A stretch of DNA of 64,000 nt. Origin: Lophium mytilinum. Lineage: Eukaryota. The notes under the pieces are model-generated. The model saw nothing but the letters and a program-made list of their open reading frames with translations. It searched no databases and was not told the DNA's origin. Location: the NCBI GenBank assembly GCA_010093605.1, contig MU004197.1, forward strand, positions 1,116,001 to 1,180,000, written 5' to 3'. This document shows, piece after piece, positions 37,652 through 50,770 of the stretch; the first letter of the stretch is position 1; each line of letters begins with the position of its first letter. A program made the translations under genes and the position numbers.

Positions 37652-38990
37652 ATGATCTTCTTCCAGCTCCGTCTATGTCATGTTGTCGCTCTAGTTCTAG
37701 CGACGTCGTGCAATGTAATCTGGGCGAAGGAGCAAGTCCCTCTGCACACTGAACAAAACTCACTCCAACCTCTCCGGAAATACTCTTGGGTCCGCACATT
37801 TGCTTCTATTGGAGATTCTTACGCGGCAGGCCTTGGGGCCGGTAACCGTATCGACTGGTCCTGCTCTCGCTACGATCATTCATACCCTTCACTATTGAAT
37901 TCGAAAACCTTCCTTGGAGACAACCCAAATCGAACTCATCAGTATCTCGCCTGCTCCGGGGCAACCTCCGAAGAGGTCTTAGCAAAGCAGGTATCGGCCC
38001 TTGATGAAGATCTGGATGTCATTACGGTCTCTGCAGGCGGCAATGATGTTGGTTTGAGTATTATCATGAATCAGTGCATTTACCAATTCTTCATGTCAAA
38101 GACCGACGCCTGTGAAAACGCTCTGAACGAAACGTGGTCGAAAATTGAGTATGATTTGTCTGGGAACCTCACTGCGCTCTTGGAGGCGCTGAAACCCAAA
38201 TTGAACGAGGACCACGGCCGGATTTACTACACTGGATATGCGAGATTCTTTGCTACCGACGATGAGATCTGCGATAATGTCACATGGGCTGTGTGGAGCT
38301 ACGAAAGTCAATCCGCCAAGCAATTCTTAACTCTAGAGCGCCGAAAGATCATGAACGATATGGTCCAGGCGGTGAACAAGAAGATCGAGGAGGCCGTCCA
38401 TAAAGCAGGTGATCAGGTTATATTTGTTGACTACGACAGCTACGTGGCGGAGAACAAAGGTCGATTTTGCGAAGCCGGAGTTATAGAACCAGACCCAAAC
38501 CGCAATGGTCTATGTTTCTACGAGTGGAAAACAGTTGACCCAGGCTAGTCAATTCTTCCTCTCCGCGAGGTACACGCTAACATCTCGCAGGCGATAATAG
38601 TACAGCGCTACGTCATGCTGGAGACGACGTTCCAAAAGGGTCCTTCGAGGTGAGAAAGTCTATGATCTTTGCATTCCTGGTGTATTTTAGCTAACACGCA
38701 CATTACAGAGTGACATTGCCGAATGGACGAACAAAACGTTGCAAGAGCATCCGGATTGGAAATTTGGTCCAGATGAGGAAGTCGGACTCGATGCGGACAA
38801 AATGAGAGAAGAACAAGCAATAGGAGACACTGTTAGCTGGCTCCTACCGGATTTCTGGAAACGCGTATTCCATCTCCGACCAGCTGGACATCTGCTCATT
38901 GCTCACCTTCTCATGAGCAAGCTAGCGGAGACTACACCAAAGATCTGCGGATCAGAAACAGGGGAAGATTACGCTTCTCTGGTAGACTAA
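37652..38990 (+). CDS. Secreted SGNH/GDSL hydrolase (SEST-like), 3 exons
   Basis: Signal-peptide-like N-terminus, IGDSYAAG, LACSGAT, SAGGNDVG, TGYARFF, RVFHLRPAGH. Confidence 0.88.
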
Positions 38991-39646
38991 GCGAGCGCAT
39001 ACCGGATTTTCCTTCGTATTGTCTGATGACCAGCAATGCATCTACCAACGGAGCACATGCGGCATTCGGATTATCGGATGAGAACGTTGTCAAAAAGTCA
39101 TCTCTCCAAGCGAGAGATTTACTCAGAAAGGGGACCTAGTGCCCTATGCTCCAAGATTTCCTCCTCAAAATTCGGAGTTCCTCGCGGCATCAAACGCAGA
39201 TTGTAACATGAGACGCACGCATCTCTTACTTAGAGGGCTGGGATCCGCAGCCGAACAGTATTAGAATGCTGTCTAGACTTTTCGTGTTCTCCGACCACTG
39301 ATGACAGCTATGGAACCCGGTCTGACCAGCGGCATCTCAGCGGTCGCAAGATTGCTCTAGACTCTAGATTGAACATGTAATGTTAGGACTTTCTACACGC
39401 GAAATCCGGTTGTGGGACAGAGAAGTCTATCAGTGGCAGTTTTGAGGAATACAGTTATGTATCTGAGCAAAAAGCAGGACTTTCAATAAAGAGATTGACA
39501 AGATGTATGCAAGGATTACAAGGCCGACTTGTTTCAAGAGAGGTACAGAAGGGGAAAGGTACAAAGCATAGCAGGAATGGAACGTATTTCAAACTGTTAA
39601 TTCAAGGGTTCCCTAAGCTCTACTTAAGAAACATATAGGAGGAAAC

Positions 39647-39882
39647 TGTCAAAGGTAAAGAGTTGAAGTAAGAACATATGGATAGATAGATAGGAATTGT
39701 ATTGCTTTTGTTCTATTCTACATCGACAGCAACGGAGTATATATACAGCATTTAATGCATTATAAAACGTTTCTCTAACGTTCGTTATATCACGTTCAAA
39801 CGCCCACAGGTTCGTCCCGTTTAAAGGCTTTTAAGACTATTATGCGTAAAGATACAACGCTGATGCTATTATCAATCTTACA
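39647..39882 (-). mobile_element. Solo LTR of the Copia family seen at 61985-64000
   Basis: TG..CA ends, exact 5-bp TSD GAAAC (39642-46 / 39883-87), high similarity to 61985-62248. Confidence 0.9.
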
Positions 39883-40104
39883 GAAACTTTGTTAGTGGAT
39901 AGCGTAAAAAGTGGAATAGAAGTACTACTAAAGAAGCATAATAAGAAAGTATCTATGCTATTATTACACTAAGTCCTAAATTACACTTGCTCCTAGATAT
40001 TTTAGCACTAGAGATAGAGCTTATAAGTTGTAGTGGTATTATATTAGTTGCAGGATCTATTATTAACCGTATAAATATTTAGTCCAATAAAATAGATAAG
40101 ATAT

Positions 40105-40161
40105 ATATAAAAGCATAAAGAATAGATATATAGATAGATAAATAGGATAGAATAGATAGAT

Positions 40162-40231
<70 letters not shown>

Positions 40232-40249
40232 GAGGATAGATGGTAGGAG

Positions 40250-40329
<80 letters not shown>

Positions 40330-40600
40330 GATAAATAGATAGATAGATAGGAGGAAAGATAGATAGGTAGATAGATAGATAGAAGGAATTATATTACTTA
40401 AGGACTATTATACACTAATAGTAACAGAGTTGTTTATATACACTATTTAATACGTTTTAAAACGCTGCTCTACCTCGCTTCTAACGTTATGTATTTTTTA
40501 TTATATTATATCCAAACGTTTTTAGTTCTATTTCCCATTGAAAGGCTTTTAAGTCTATTATGTATAAGAATATAACAGTTATACTATTATAAAACTTATA
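40105..40600 (-). mobile_element. Heavily RIP-mutated LTR copy with an internal (GATA)n expansion
   Basis: 40384-40600 aligns with the LTR body (GGAATT.TATTACTT..AAGGCTTTTAAG..AAACTTATA); the GATA array fills ~40130-40383. Left boundary approximate. Confidence 0.7.
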
Positions 40601-40887
40601 ATTATATACTAAACTTATAGGAGACTAAAGGCTGCCTCTATATCTAGATTAAGAGGATAGAATGATGCTTACTAGTACTTATACATTAATGGTATACCTC
40701 TAGCTAATAGTAGAGCAACTAACCGCTAGTTAGATATAGTGTAACAGCTAGTCAAGAATACTAGTAAAGCGCAATCTAGAAGATATAATAGTGAGGTAGA
40801 TCTACTGCGCAATAGGGGAAGTATACTTACTAGAATATATAAAGATCTTTTTTTAAAACGCTTCTCTTAGAAGAATAATTCAGCTAA

Positions 40888-41148
40888 TGTAAGTTTTATA
40901 ATACTATAAGCGCTATATCCTTACGCATTGTAGGTCTAAAAGTCTTCAAACGGAATAAAACCGTGAGCGTTTAAACGTGATACAATAAACGTTAGATAAC
41001 GTTACAAGAACGTTAGATAAATGTTTTACAATGCATTAAATGCTGTATATATAATTCGTTCCTGTCGATGTAGAATAGAACTTAAGTAATACGATTCCTA
41101 TGTATCTATCTATTTATCTATTCTCACATCAACTCTATACCTTTAAGA
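40888..41148 (+). mobile_element. LTR copy, opposite orientation to 39647-39882
   Basis: TGTAAG..ATGCATTAAATGCTGTATAT..CTCTATACCTTTAAGA; no TSD match. Confidence 0.88.
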
Positions 41149-41310
41149 GGAGCATCTATACCTAATAAAATGCTGTTCCCCTCGTCTTAGAGGAGGGCTT
41201 TCCTAACATAGGCTACTTTTCTTCTTTAAGTAAATAACCCTATATAAGGCTATTATATAGCGCCTTTATAGAGCAAAATTAGTATCTATATTTCTATCTA
41301 TCTATCTATC

Positions 41311-41377
41311 TACCTTTCTATATACCTTTTATATGCCTTTCTATATACCTTTCTATATACCTTTCTATATACCTTTC
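41311..41377. repeat. 12-bp minisatellite (TATATACCTTTC), about 5 copies, in RIP-mutated DNA
   Basis: Directly visible tandem copies. Confidence 0.8.
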
Positions 41378-42005
41378 TTTCTATCTATCTATATATCTAC
41401 CTATTTATATCTTTTTTTATATATCTGTTTAGAGTATGTTTTATTATATTAGCCTTTTTAACTTTAAGTTAACTAAGTTACTATATATCTTTATAAGATG
41501 TAGAAAGGTAACATTCATACTATAGTTCTTATTATTCATAAGGATAGCCTATAAGTAGAGCCTAATATAGCAGAATCTTAACTTTTAACAGCTTATAGTA
41601 GATAGATACCTCTTCTTAGGAGCTGTATACCTTCCCTCTATTTAATCTTATGAATAGCTTTAAGAGCCGCCTATAGGGCTTCTCTAAATAGAACTGTTTA
41701 TATCATATTCAAGTGCAGAATTGGCAGCAGCTAAGATCTAGAGAGAAAAAGAATAACGCGTGCAACAACTGGATGATTGCTATGCTTCTGCAACTTGCAG
41801 TAACCCTGAGATATTCTACAAGAGACACGAGTGCTCTACACAATGTTTCCACTGTAAGGAATGCTGGTGCTCGAATGTGGACAAATAGGAATTGCATTCC
41901 TTGTTATCATTAAGGAATGGAGATTTAGGAACGTTAACATATTATAGCCCTCTTGCATAGTCTGTACTCTAATGCGTCCCTTTCCTCCTTCTCCCTACAG
42001 AAGCA

Positions 42006-42789
42006 ATGCGTACCTCTTTGGCCAATGGTTTCCTTGCTGGTATTGTGCTCTTTATGTTGGGATTTGATTGTGCTCTTGCAAACAAGGCATTGGATGCGCC
42101 AACAGATACCATAACCTCATTCCCTTGTGATACAACCGAGCTACCCTTTTTGTAAGTTCGTTCCAACTGGATCTCCTGGGCCCTTATGTTCATGCCGATT
42201 GTCCGTAGGCGCTACGACTCTTGCACTTCTTCCCTTAGCAGCCGTGTCCAGGGATGTGCTTTTACCGACGCAAAATGTGCCTGTAACGCGGCCTCGTCTG
42301 GGTTCAGGTGAGCCTTCGCAATAACAGTCGAGTTTGTTATCTACTAATGCATCATCCTTTAGTTGTCTCACAGATTGGTGTCCCAGCTATACATCAGCAA
42401 TTTGCCCAGCATCGTTCTTCATTTCCGCGGGTTGCTCTCTGGCAGGCGAACCAGGACCCAGTTTTACTCATTATTCTTGCCCGACGACTTTCAGCGACGA
42501 CGTCTCTTCTGAATTTGCATCCCTGTTTGATTATATTAGCACCGCTTTCGAAACGGGCGCTAGCAGTACTTCCAAGGCTTTATCGGGAGGCAAAGCGAAG
42601 GAGACAGGAGGATCGACAGCTACAACTCCGATTGCAACATCAACCAGTTTCACCATTACAGCTCCTTCCAACACGGCCAAGCCAGGGAATGCAAATTCGG
42701 TGCTCTCTGACAATAGATTATTTCAAAAAGTGATGCCGATGCTCGTTGCGGTGGGTTTAGGGCTCGGAGGTGTGGCTGTAATTTTATAG
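42006..42789 (+). CDS. Small secreted Cys-rich protein, probably GPI-anchored (CFEM-like), 3 exons
   Basis: Spliced: hydrophobic leader ..LAGIVLFMLGFDCALA; YDSCTSS..GCAFTDAKCACN..SCLTDWCP..IC..GC; Ser/Thr-rich stalk; hydrophobic C-terminus MLVAVGLGLGGVAVIL. Confidence 0.75.
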
Positions 42790-44025
42790 ACACTACGAGA
42801 AATAATGGAAGACGTTGACATATCATGATACGACATATGAAGAAGCGGTCTCTAGCTAGCTAGCCACGTGTGGCATGGAAAAGGTGGCACATACTTCGAG
42901 AAAAAGCTGCTCAAGTGTGCACATGCACTGCTTGGGTTGCTTCAATGCATGCTCGGAAATCTAAGCAAGATGGCTATAGAGTAGATCTTCCCTCTGCGCT
43001 CTAGGGACAATCGCTGAGGCACTTCAAGTAATATTAATGAGGTGCTCAATCAAAAATGGCAGTCCACAAATCCGCGATATATAGTACCCACTATTTCTGT
43101 GCTTGTTTAGCCCCGCTTGAGGTCCTCCTGTATTCTACGTTTTTGTTATTCGTGAAAGACTAGCTTTGGTAAGCTTGCTAGCTCTCCAGGTTCCATTAGA
43201 CGGTCTTGCACTGTTCGAGAGTGTCACGATTCTCCGGCTTAGCAACACTACAAATTCCAGCTACTTTGAAACGTTCTAAATTGATTAAACTGTTGGGGAG
43301 TATTTGCTTCAAATTTGATGTTGGATGAAAAGCACGCCCCGAAATCCATCGGCCAGGGGGACCCCAAAATAAGCGACGTTTTGGGGTTCCTGACACCTGC
43401 AACTTTTCTATACCGTTCGAGTTAGCCTAAAGAGCTACCAAACTTATCAAGTCTTGACAATTTCCAATTTCCAAGAGCGTACAGAGGATCATACGCAGCT
43501 TTATGCAAGCGCAGAGTGAATTTATGATGCATGCCAAGTGGCACAATACATCAGGTTACCTACCCCCGTACTTCGTCGTAGAAGCTTGGCCCGATCCGAC
43601 GCCGACAAGCAGAAGAAACCGACCGAGCTGTAGCACAGGTCACCGTTGCCTTCGTTCTACCCTCTAGAACGTCTAGCGTTTCTGAAGTAGTGCTTCCACA
43701 TTCATCACTCGTTTACCTCAGCTGCCTACCTCCCCTAGTAATTCGTAGGCAACACGCTGGTGCCTCCTAATATCCAATAGTGCCTTCGATGATTGGACTT
43801 TTGCAAGACGCGTCTTGCTTCATCGTCGCGCATAAATACGACGCGGTCTCCCGCGTCTGAATGTCGATTGCTAGCAGCAGAGTTCGAAGCTTTGCATTTG
43901 GCGGAACTCGGCGCGTTTCCCATAATTGCACCCTACCTCTGTCAACCACGCCCCTTTTTATGCATCGCAGCGTGCACTACAAGAAAGCCTACAAGAAACA
44001 TCCTTCAGGACGCGAGCCTTCAGCC

Positions 44026-46310
44026 ATGCCGAAGTACCCGGGACTCGGCCTCCCGTTGCGCCACAACGAGCAGGATAACTATGGCTTCTATCCCATCGGA
44101 GCCCATGGCAGCTGCTACGGTTCAGACTCAGATATTCTCCCTGTGCGCGAACTTGCGATGATGAGCGTTATGGACCGCCTCACGGATAAGGAAAACTGGC
44201 ATAAAAAGGTCTTCGATGAGAAGATCGTGTCGAACTGGCGCAAGGAAGCTCTCGCGATTCCGGACAAGGCGCTTTGGAAACTAGCTTTCCAAGAGAAGTC
44301 GCAGTGGTGGGGAGAGAATGGAGATCTCAATGTGCGGGATGACTTCAGTATCAATCACGTGACGCAGTTGGAGGGTATCATGACTGAAAACACTTTTGAT
44401 TGTGTAAGTCAATCGCTACAGGAGATCCGCTTTCATGCTAAACCATGATCCGAACAGTGCATCAAAGAGCTCCAGTGTAAGGCGAAATATTACGAGAAAT
44501 CCGGCATCATCCCAACCCTCGACGCATGCGCCGCTGTAGCAAAGTCAGACAAGCTCATTACTCCAGAACTTCACGAAGCTCTGCGCGATGCTTTCGCCAA
44601 AGTCCAGGCCGACCATGCAGTGTCCCCCGATTGGCATCCAAGCTCCAACGAAATGGTGCAGGATCTTGTACATCCTTCAATGTACCCCTTGGTTTATGGC
44701 CGTAGCAAAGTTCTCAAGAAAGAGCTCGTCGGAGTCTGCGACGCAATCGAGAAATGGGCTGGGAAAGGAGACGTCATTCCGAAGGATCCTAAGGAAAGTT
44801 TGGAATGGGAGAAAAATGACCGGTACAGTTATGGAGTAGGGTCTGGCACCGTGCCTCCTCCATACTGGTCCGATACGTACCAGTGGCTGCCGTCTAATGT
44901 GGCCTTTCAGGAGGATGGCACCATGAAGCTTACCAGCTATGTCAACAATTTACACCCGAGAAGATACCCTGACGTATACCGCACGATTGAGAAGCTGATA
45001 GAAAGCGCGCTCCCTGCGTGGGATCAATGCCTTGCGCTTGCGGCGGGTTACAATGAGATAGATGGCCCCGGGCGTTGCAAGTCCCGATTTGAGCAGCCAG
45101 ACAATCCCGAGTAAGTGGTTTCTCAGTCCTCTCATTCAAGCTGTGTGGTGCTATAAATCTAAACCTCCTACAGTGACGAGAATGCCGAGAATTGGATTCC
45201 ATCGGATCCCCAAGAAGTGGCCGACGTTGTGGTCAAATGGGATGACATTGAAGGCCGGCACGAATTTAACCCGGAGTACGACGACGAGACGGATTCTAAG
45301 TGGCATTTGTTGCGCAAGCCTCTGATTCCAGAGCCTAGCTTTAAAGAAGTCGATTACACCCCAGAACCCGAGCAACGTCTTGTCAACAAGTTCGGAGATA
45401 GTGGTCTACAGGTCATTGTTAAGATGGCATCGATTGAACTGACGCCTGAGAAGCCGGAGTTTCCAACGGGCGGATGGCACGTCAGTATTGATCCCTTCGC
45501 GCTCCGAGTCCATCAAATACTCACTGCTATGGAAACAGATTGAGGGCCAAATGAACGAACACATCTGCGCCACAGCGCTCTACTACCTCGACAGTTCGAA
45601 CGTCACATCTAGTAGCCTCTCTTTCCGCATGCAAACCTCAGCCTATTTGAACGACGATATCGACGTAGGACAGGACAGTTATCACTGGCTAGAGCAGGTT
45701 TACGGAACAGGTCTCGGCAGCGGCAACTCGCCTTGTCTGCAAAACTATGGCACCGTTGAGACTCCTCAAGGGAGATTACTTGCTTTCCCTAACGTCTTGT
45801 GAGTTCAGCATTACTTGGCTTATCTGCATAGGTCTGCGGAGTAAGGTTGCTAACGCCATTCATAGCCAACACAGAGTTTCCCCTTTCAAACTCATCGACC
45901 CCACTAAACCGGGCCACCGCCGCTTCATAGCCCTCTGGCTCGTGGACCCCACTAAACGCATAATCTCGACTGCGAACGTGCCGCCACAGCAGCAGGACTG
46001 GTGGGCTGATGCCGCATTTGGGGATACACCCGAGTCGCGAAGTGCAGCTTTGGCCAAGCTGCCAGCCGAGCTACTCACTCTGTTGAAAGAAAAGGGCCTG
46101 CGGGATGTCCCCAGTACGGACGAGGGGCACTTGCCCGCGGAGTTGATGGAAATGGTGCGCGAGTACTTCAATGCCGATCAGGATTCTTTCTTGATGGGAG
46201 TGGAGGAAGCAAAGAAACATAGAGAGAAGCTTATGCAGGCGAGAGGAGCATTTTTGCAAGTTGCGGAGAAAGGGTGGCAGCTACATTCGTATAGTTTCTG
46301 CGAGCATTAG
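44026..46310 (+). CDS. DUF4246-family protein, 5 exons
   Basis: PVRELAMMSVMDRLTDKENWHKKVFD, DWHP..VQDLVHPSMYPLVYG, YQWLPS, SYVNNLHP, GGWH|IEGQMNEHICATALYY, QHRVSPF..PGHRRFIALWLVDP, ..SFCEH. Start may be 43960. Confidence 0.88.
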
Positions 46311-46683
46311 AGCTTCCGCGGATGGATGGATTTTGGGGCGAGTTTGAAATGAAGGGGGGCCTGCCAGCAAGTAAGCATGATGTTCAAGTTCTTGATGATG
46401 AGCAGTGAGAAATATGAACGCATTTGAGAAACCTATCCTGTCCCAATATACCAGTCCAGAATCAAAGGGCTCTTCGACTACCAGATCTGCGGATCTAATC
46501 TGCCTTTCGCACTTCGTGGATGCATGATGCACGCCAAGCGACGGAACAGATCTGGAAGCTTGGACCCCAACCTAGCGCCGAAACCGAAACACCAACCGGA
46601 TTCCAGCAAGCTTTCGTCGACCTCGAGCAGGCCGGACGCCGGCGCTATCGTTCAGCGTTCTTCCCTTGAAAGACCTCGTCGAC

Positions 46684-48515
46684 ATGGCTGACCATTCAGC
46701 CTCTCCTCCGCGCTCCAACCTCCATCGTATTGCCAGCTTGAAAGCATTCCTGCCCCTCAATGCGGAATCTGCCATGTCCACCCGTGGGCAGAACCTACCC
46801 TCTTTGATTCATAGCCAATCCACCGGACATGTCTTGTTGCGCCGGCCATCAGCCAATCGAGGCGAACGCCGCCCAAGCGAAGAGGATGTCGAGAATGGCC
46901 ACCTCCACGGCCTGCAAATGGCCTGGGGAGGTTCCTCAGAGCGGGACGAGAGACGAGCGAGCGTTGCTGCTTCTGTCCTCATGACGCCCCAGATGCGCAG
47001 CCAGCGATTGATCGGCAACAGTAATCCAAGATACAAATGGTTAGTCACTCGTGTCCAGTCTCTTGATGGTATATTTTAATGTTACGAAGGGAGAAATACT
47101 TCAAAACCGACGACGAGCTGAAAAACATGAAGAAACCAATGTCAGTATCCTTGGTCCCTATCATCCCTATTTCGAGCCAAACATGCTCAATTATCACAGT
47201 CGAAAATACTACGAGCGCAACAACTACTTAATTCAACAATACCTCTACATCGACCGTCTCCTCGACTCCTCGTTACCCCATAACTTGCTACAGGAATACA
47301 ACCAACCGTCTGGATCTGTCAATGTGCCGCCGACCATCTCTGAGGAGTCTCAATCAGGTCTCGCGACCCCATCTGGCGAAAGTATCAGCGCCCAGGACCG
47401 CGGCATTCTAGATAGCGCAGGCAACGGCAATAACGTTCAAAATAAAGTTAAACGCACGCCCAAGAATCTGTACAGAGTACCAGACGAAGAGACTCCATTG
47501 ATTCAAGCCGACTCAGAAGATTCCGACGAACCCCAGCAGGTTATGCCCGATTTCATGCCCGAGGAAGAAACAGACAGCAGCCATCCTATTGTCACTCTTG
47601 CCATCTACATCAACTTAGCTGCAAACACAACTCTCCTCATTCTCAAGATTATCGTGACCATCCTTACCTCATCCCTCTCCGTCATAGCCAGTTTGGTGGA
47701 TGCCGCCCTAGATTTCCTGAGCACGGCCATCGTATGGACGACAACTCGCATGATATCGCGACAAGATCAGTACGCATACCCGGTTGGACGCCGGAGATTA
47801 GAGCCAATTGGTGTACTTGTCTTTTCTGTCATCATGATCACTTCTTTCTTCCAAGTTGCAATCGAAGGCATCAGTCGTCTCTCGTCTGACGATCACAAGA
47901 TTGTTCAACTATCAATTCCTGCAATTGCTATCATGTCTTCAACTGTTATCATCAAGTTTCTTTGCTGGCTTTGGTGCCGCTTCATCAAGAACTCTAGCGT
48001 CCAAGCATTGGCTCAAGACGCAATGACTGACGTGGTCTTCAACATTTTCAGCATCATATTTCCTCTAGGTACGTCAAACCCCAAATCCGGAATTTCATGC
48101 CTTAATTGAATCTTTAGTTGGCTACTACGCAAAAATATGGTGGATGGACAGCCTAGGCGGAGTCTTGCTGTCGTTCTACGTTATTATCAACTGGTCACGC
48201 ACATCTACAACACATATTCGCAATTTGACCGGAGCTGCAGCATCTGCCGATGAAAGAAACGTTCTTTTGTACCTCACCATGCGATTTGCCAAAACCATCA
48301 AGCAAATACAAGGTCTGCAGGCTTACCATGCTGGGGACAAGCTCAACGTTGAAGTCGACATCGTTCTGGACGAGGCAACAAGTCTGCGAGACGGCCACGA
48401 TCTGGGTGAGAGCTTACAATATGTGCTCGAAAGTGTTCCAACGGTTGATCGGGCCTTCGTCCATCTAGATTATACGGGGTATAATTTACCTTCCCATATG
48501 CAACAGCAAGACTAG
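46684..48515 (+). CDS. Cation diffusion facilitator, Mn-CDF (MTP8/MTP11-like), 4 exons
   Basis: SLSVIASLVDAALDFLS, YPVGRRRLEPIG, ALAQDAMTD, AYHAG..VEVDIVL..HDLGESLQ..VDRAFVHLDY. Confidence 0.92.
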
Positions 48516-48986
48516 AGACTGGGTGTCGAGAGATAAATTCAATCTATAGATGTCCGCACAGCACGATGCCCTGGTTAGAACAAGCTAAGAAGCTTTGAGT
48601 TGATCACCGCTTTTCCTAACTGACTGTTAGGTTAGTTGCAATCTATCGAAAGCGTGGTCTATCGCTGTTCCTACCTGCCACCCTGGCTGGGAGTACAATA
48701 GCTGCTTGGAATGGCATATCACCTGAGTTCACGTGACATCGAGCGGATAAGTTTTCCGGCACATCTTGTAGACGGGCACGACGGACTTCGCGAACACGGT
48801 AGTGCTGTATTCTATTCATAGCCAAACTACCTGTATCGACTCCTTCCACGAAAAAGCTCGTTAAATGCCACTTTAGTAGCTTGGGTATCATCTGCTGGTT
48901 ATCATTGTGTACCGCATCCCTGAACACCAGGTTGCAGAGGGACCTGAAAATGCTGTGCCAGCTCTCCGTTGCGTAGCGCTAAAGAC

Positions 48987-50770
48987 TTAAGCAATCCTAG
49001 TCTCCGTGTTTTTCTCGCTATCCTCAGCCTCTATTTCGTCATCATCAAGGAAACCATATTGTCGCGCCGTTGCATCAATCTCTGCGTCAGTCAAGAAAGG
49101 AAGCTCCTTGCTCGCTCGCACGTAGGTCATGTCCTCAAGATATCCCTTGGCAAAGATGAGATCGATCTCCTCGAGACTGCGCTTGCGGGTCTCAGGATAG
49201 AAGATATATATGACCGGCAAGAAGCAGGCGTTGACGACGGCGAAGACCAAGTAGGTTCCCCATTTGATGTTGTCTATCATTATAGGGGTGATCATGACAA
49301 TAAGGAAGTTGAAAATCCAGTTGGTGCAGGTGGACACCGCGTTGGCCTTGGCTCGAATCTTGATAGGGTTTCTGGATTCGAATGTCAGCAAACATCATTG
49401 AGGGTGCCCTAAACATCGGGACTCACATTTCTGCAGGATACAGCCATGGAAGTGGGAGCCAAGTCGCTCCAAAGAACGCGATATAAGTAAAGAGACCGAC
49501 AGCAGCTCCCTTTGCAGCAGAAGGGGTATCCGGAATGAGACAGGCCATCACAAGGAGCATGGAGAGACACTGGCCAACGGTGCCAATGAGAAACAGCTTG
49601 CGGCGACCTGCCCTCTCGATGATGAACCACGAAACTGTTGCAAAGATGGCGTAGACTACCATATTCACACCGCCCATGAGTAGTGACATTGTATGCTGTC
49701 CCGGGAGAATTGATTTCTCGAACAGAATGGGGAAATAGTATATGACTGCGTTACGTTAGGAAACGCGAGATACAGACTTCGAAAAGTATCGAAAACTCAC
49801 CTGCATTGCAGCCACCTATTTGTTGGAAAAGCTGAGCGGACGCTCCAAGGAGCATGCGACGAAGATGTTGTGTCTTGCCACCAGTGAACAGGGCACTAAA
49901 TGGCGTGTTTCCGCCATGGTGACCCGACGCTCTGATACTGTCCATGATGATGTTTGCTTGGAGCTTGGTTTCATCATCGTCGACATGCAGGCCCCTAAGG
50001 GCAGCAATGACTTGCATGCTTTCCTCCGTGCGGTCTTTAGTGAGAAGCCACCGAGGCGACTCTGGTAGCCAGAACATGAAAATGCAGACCATGAGACCGA
50101 AAAAGATTTGAAACGCGATTGGGAGGCGCCAGCTTATATCGTCGGAAGCATAGGTGCATCCGAAGTCGAGCCAATACGCGATCAGAGTCCCAAAAGCAAT
50201 GATTCCACCTTCGATGCAGATTAGTAGGCCGCGGTTGGTTGTCCTGGAACACTCAGCCTGGTAGGTAGGAATGGTTGATGTGTTGATTCCATTTCCAAAG
50301 CCCGTAACAGTGCGGCCGATGATGAACTGGGCTGTTGCGTTATGACCTTTTATGCAAGTGATTTGAATGATGACACCGAGTATCATCACAAAGCCTCCAA
50401 TCATAATAGCTTTGCGGCGACCTAGCTTATCACCAACGAGCAAGATGAAGACGGCCCCTAGGAAGCAGCCAATTTCGTAGATAGCCGTAACAAAGCCTTG
50501 CCACGTAGAGTTGTCTTTGGTTTCAGGGAAGTAGGCATTGAATGGATCCGCTGAAATGATGCCGCTCATGACACCCTCTAGGTCTCTGGTAAGCGTATGG
50601 TAGGAAGGAATATTTGTATAGTGCTCACGGTCATATCCGAATAGAAGAAAGCCGGTAGTCGCAACGATGGATACAGCCAAACTCAAGGGCCTCCCTGTCA
50701 GGCCCATGAAATGAGGGTGTTTAGACCGGTCATTAAGGGACGCCCTCGAAGGGCTCATATCGGTCGCCAT
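48987..50770 (-). CDS. MFS sugar porter, STL1-like (glycerol/sugar:H+ symporter), 4 exons
   Basis: LLFGYD, GDKLGRR, GNGINTSTIPTYQAECS, PESPRWL, QQIGGCNA, IERAGRR, PWLYPAE, PETRKRSLEEID. Confidence 0.92.

Noticed and set aside
39160..39285. Group I intron-like words (AAAATTCGGAG, GATCCGCAGCC, TAGACT)
   Set aside because: No S element (AAGATATAGTC), poor P and R matches, and no rRNA context.
39647..41148. Apparent 230-bp terminal inverted repeats defining a 1.5-kb DNA transposon
   Set aside because: They are two LTR copies in opposite orientation; the left one has its own TSD.
48643..48927. 94-aa ORF between the CDF and sugar porter genes
   Set aside because: No recognisable domain; probably 3' UTR.
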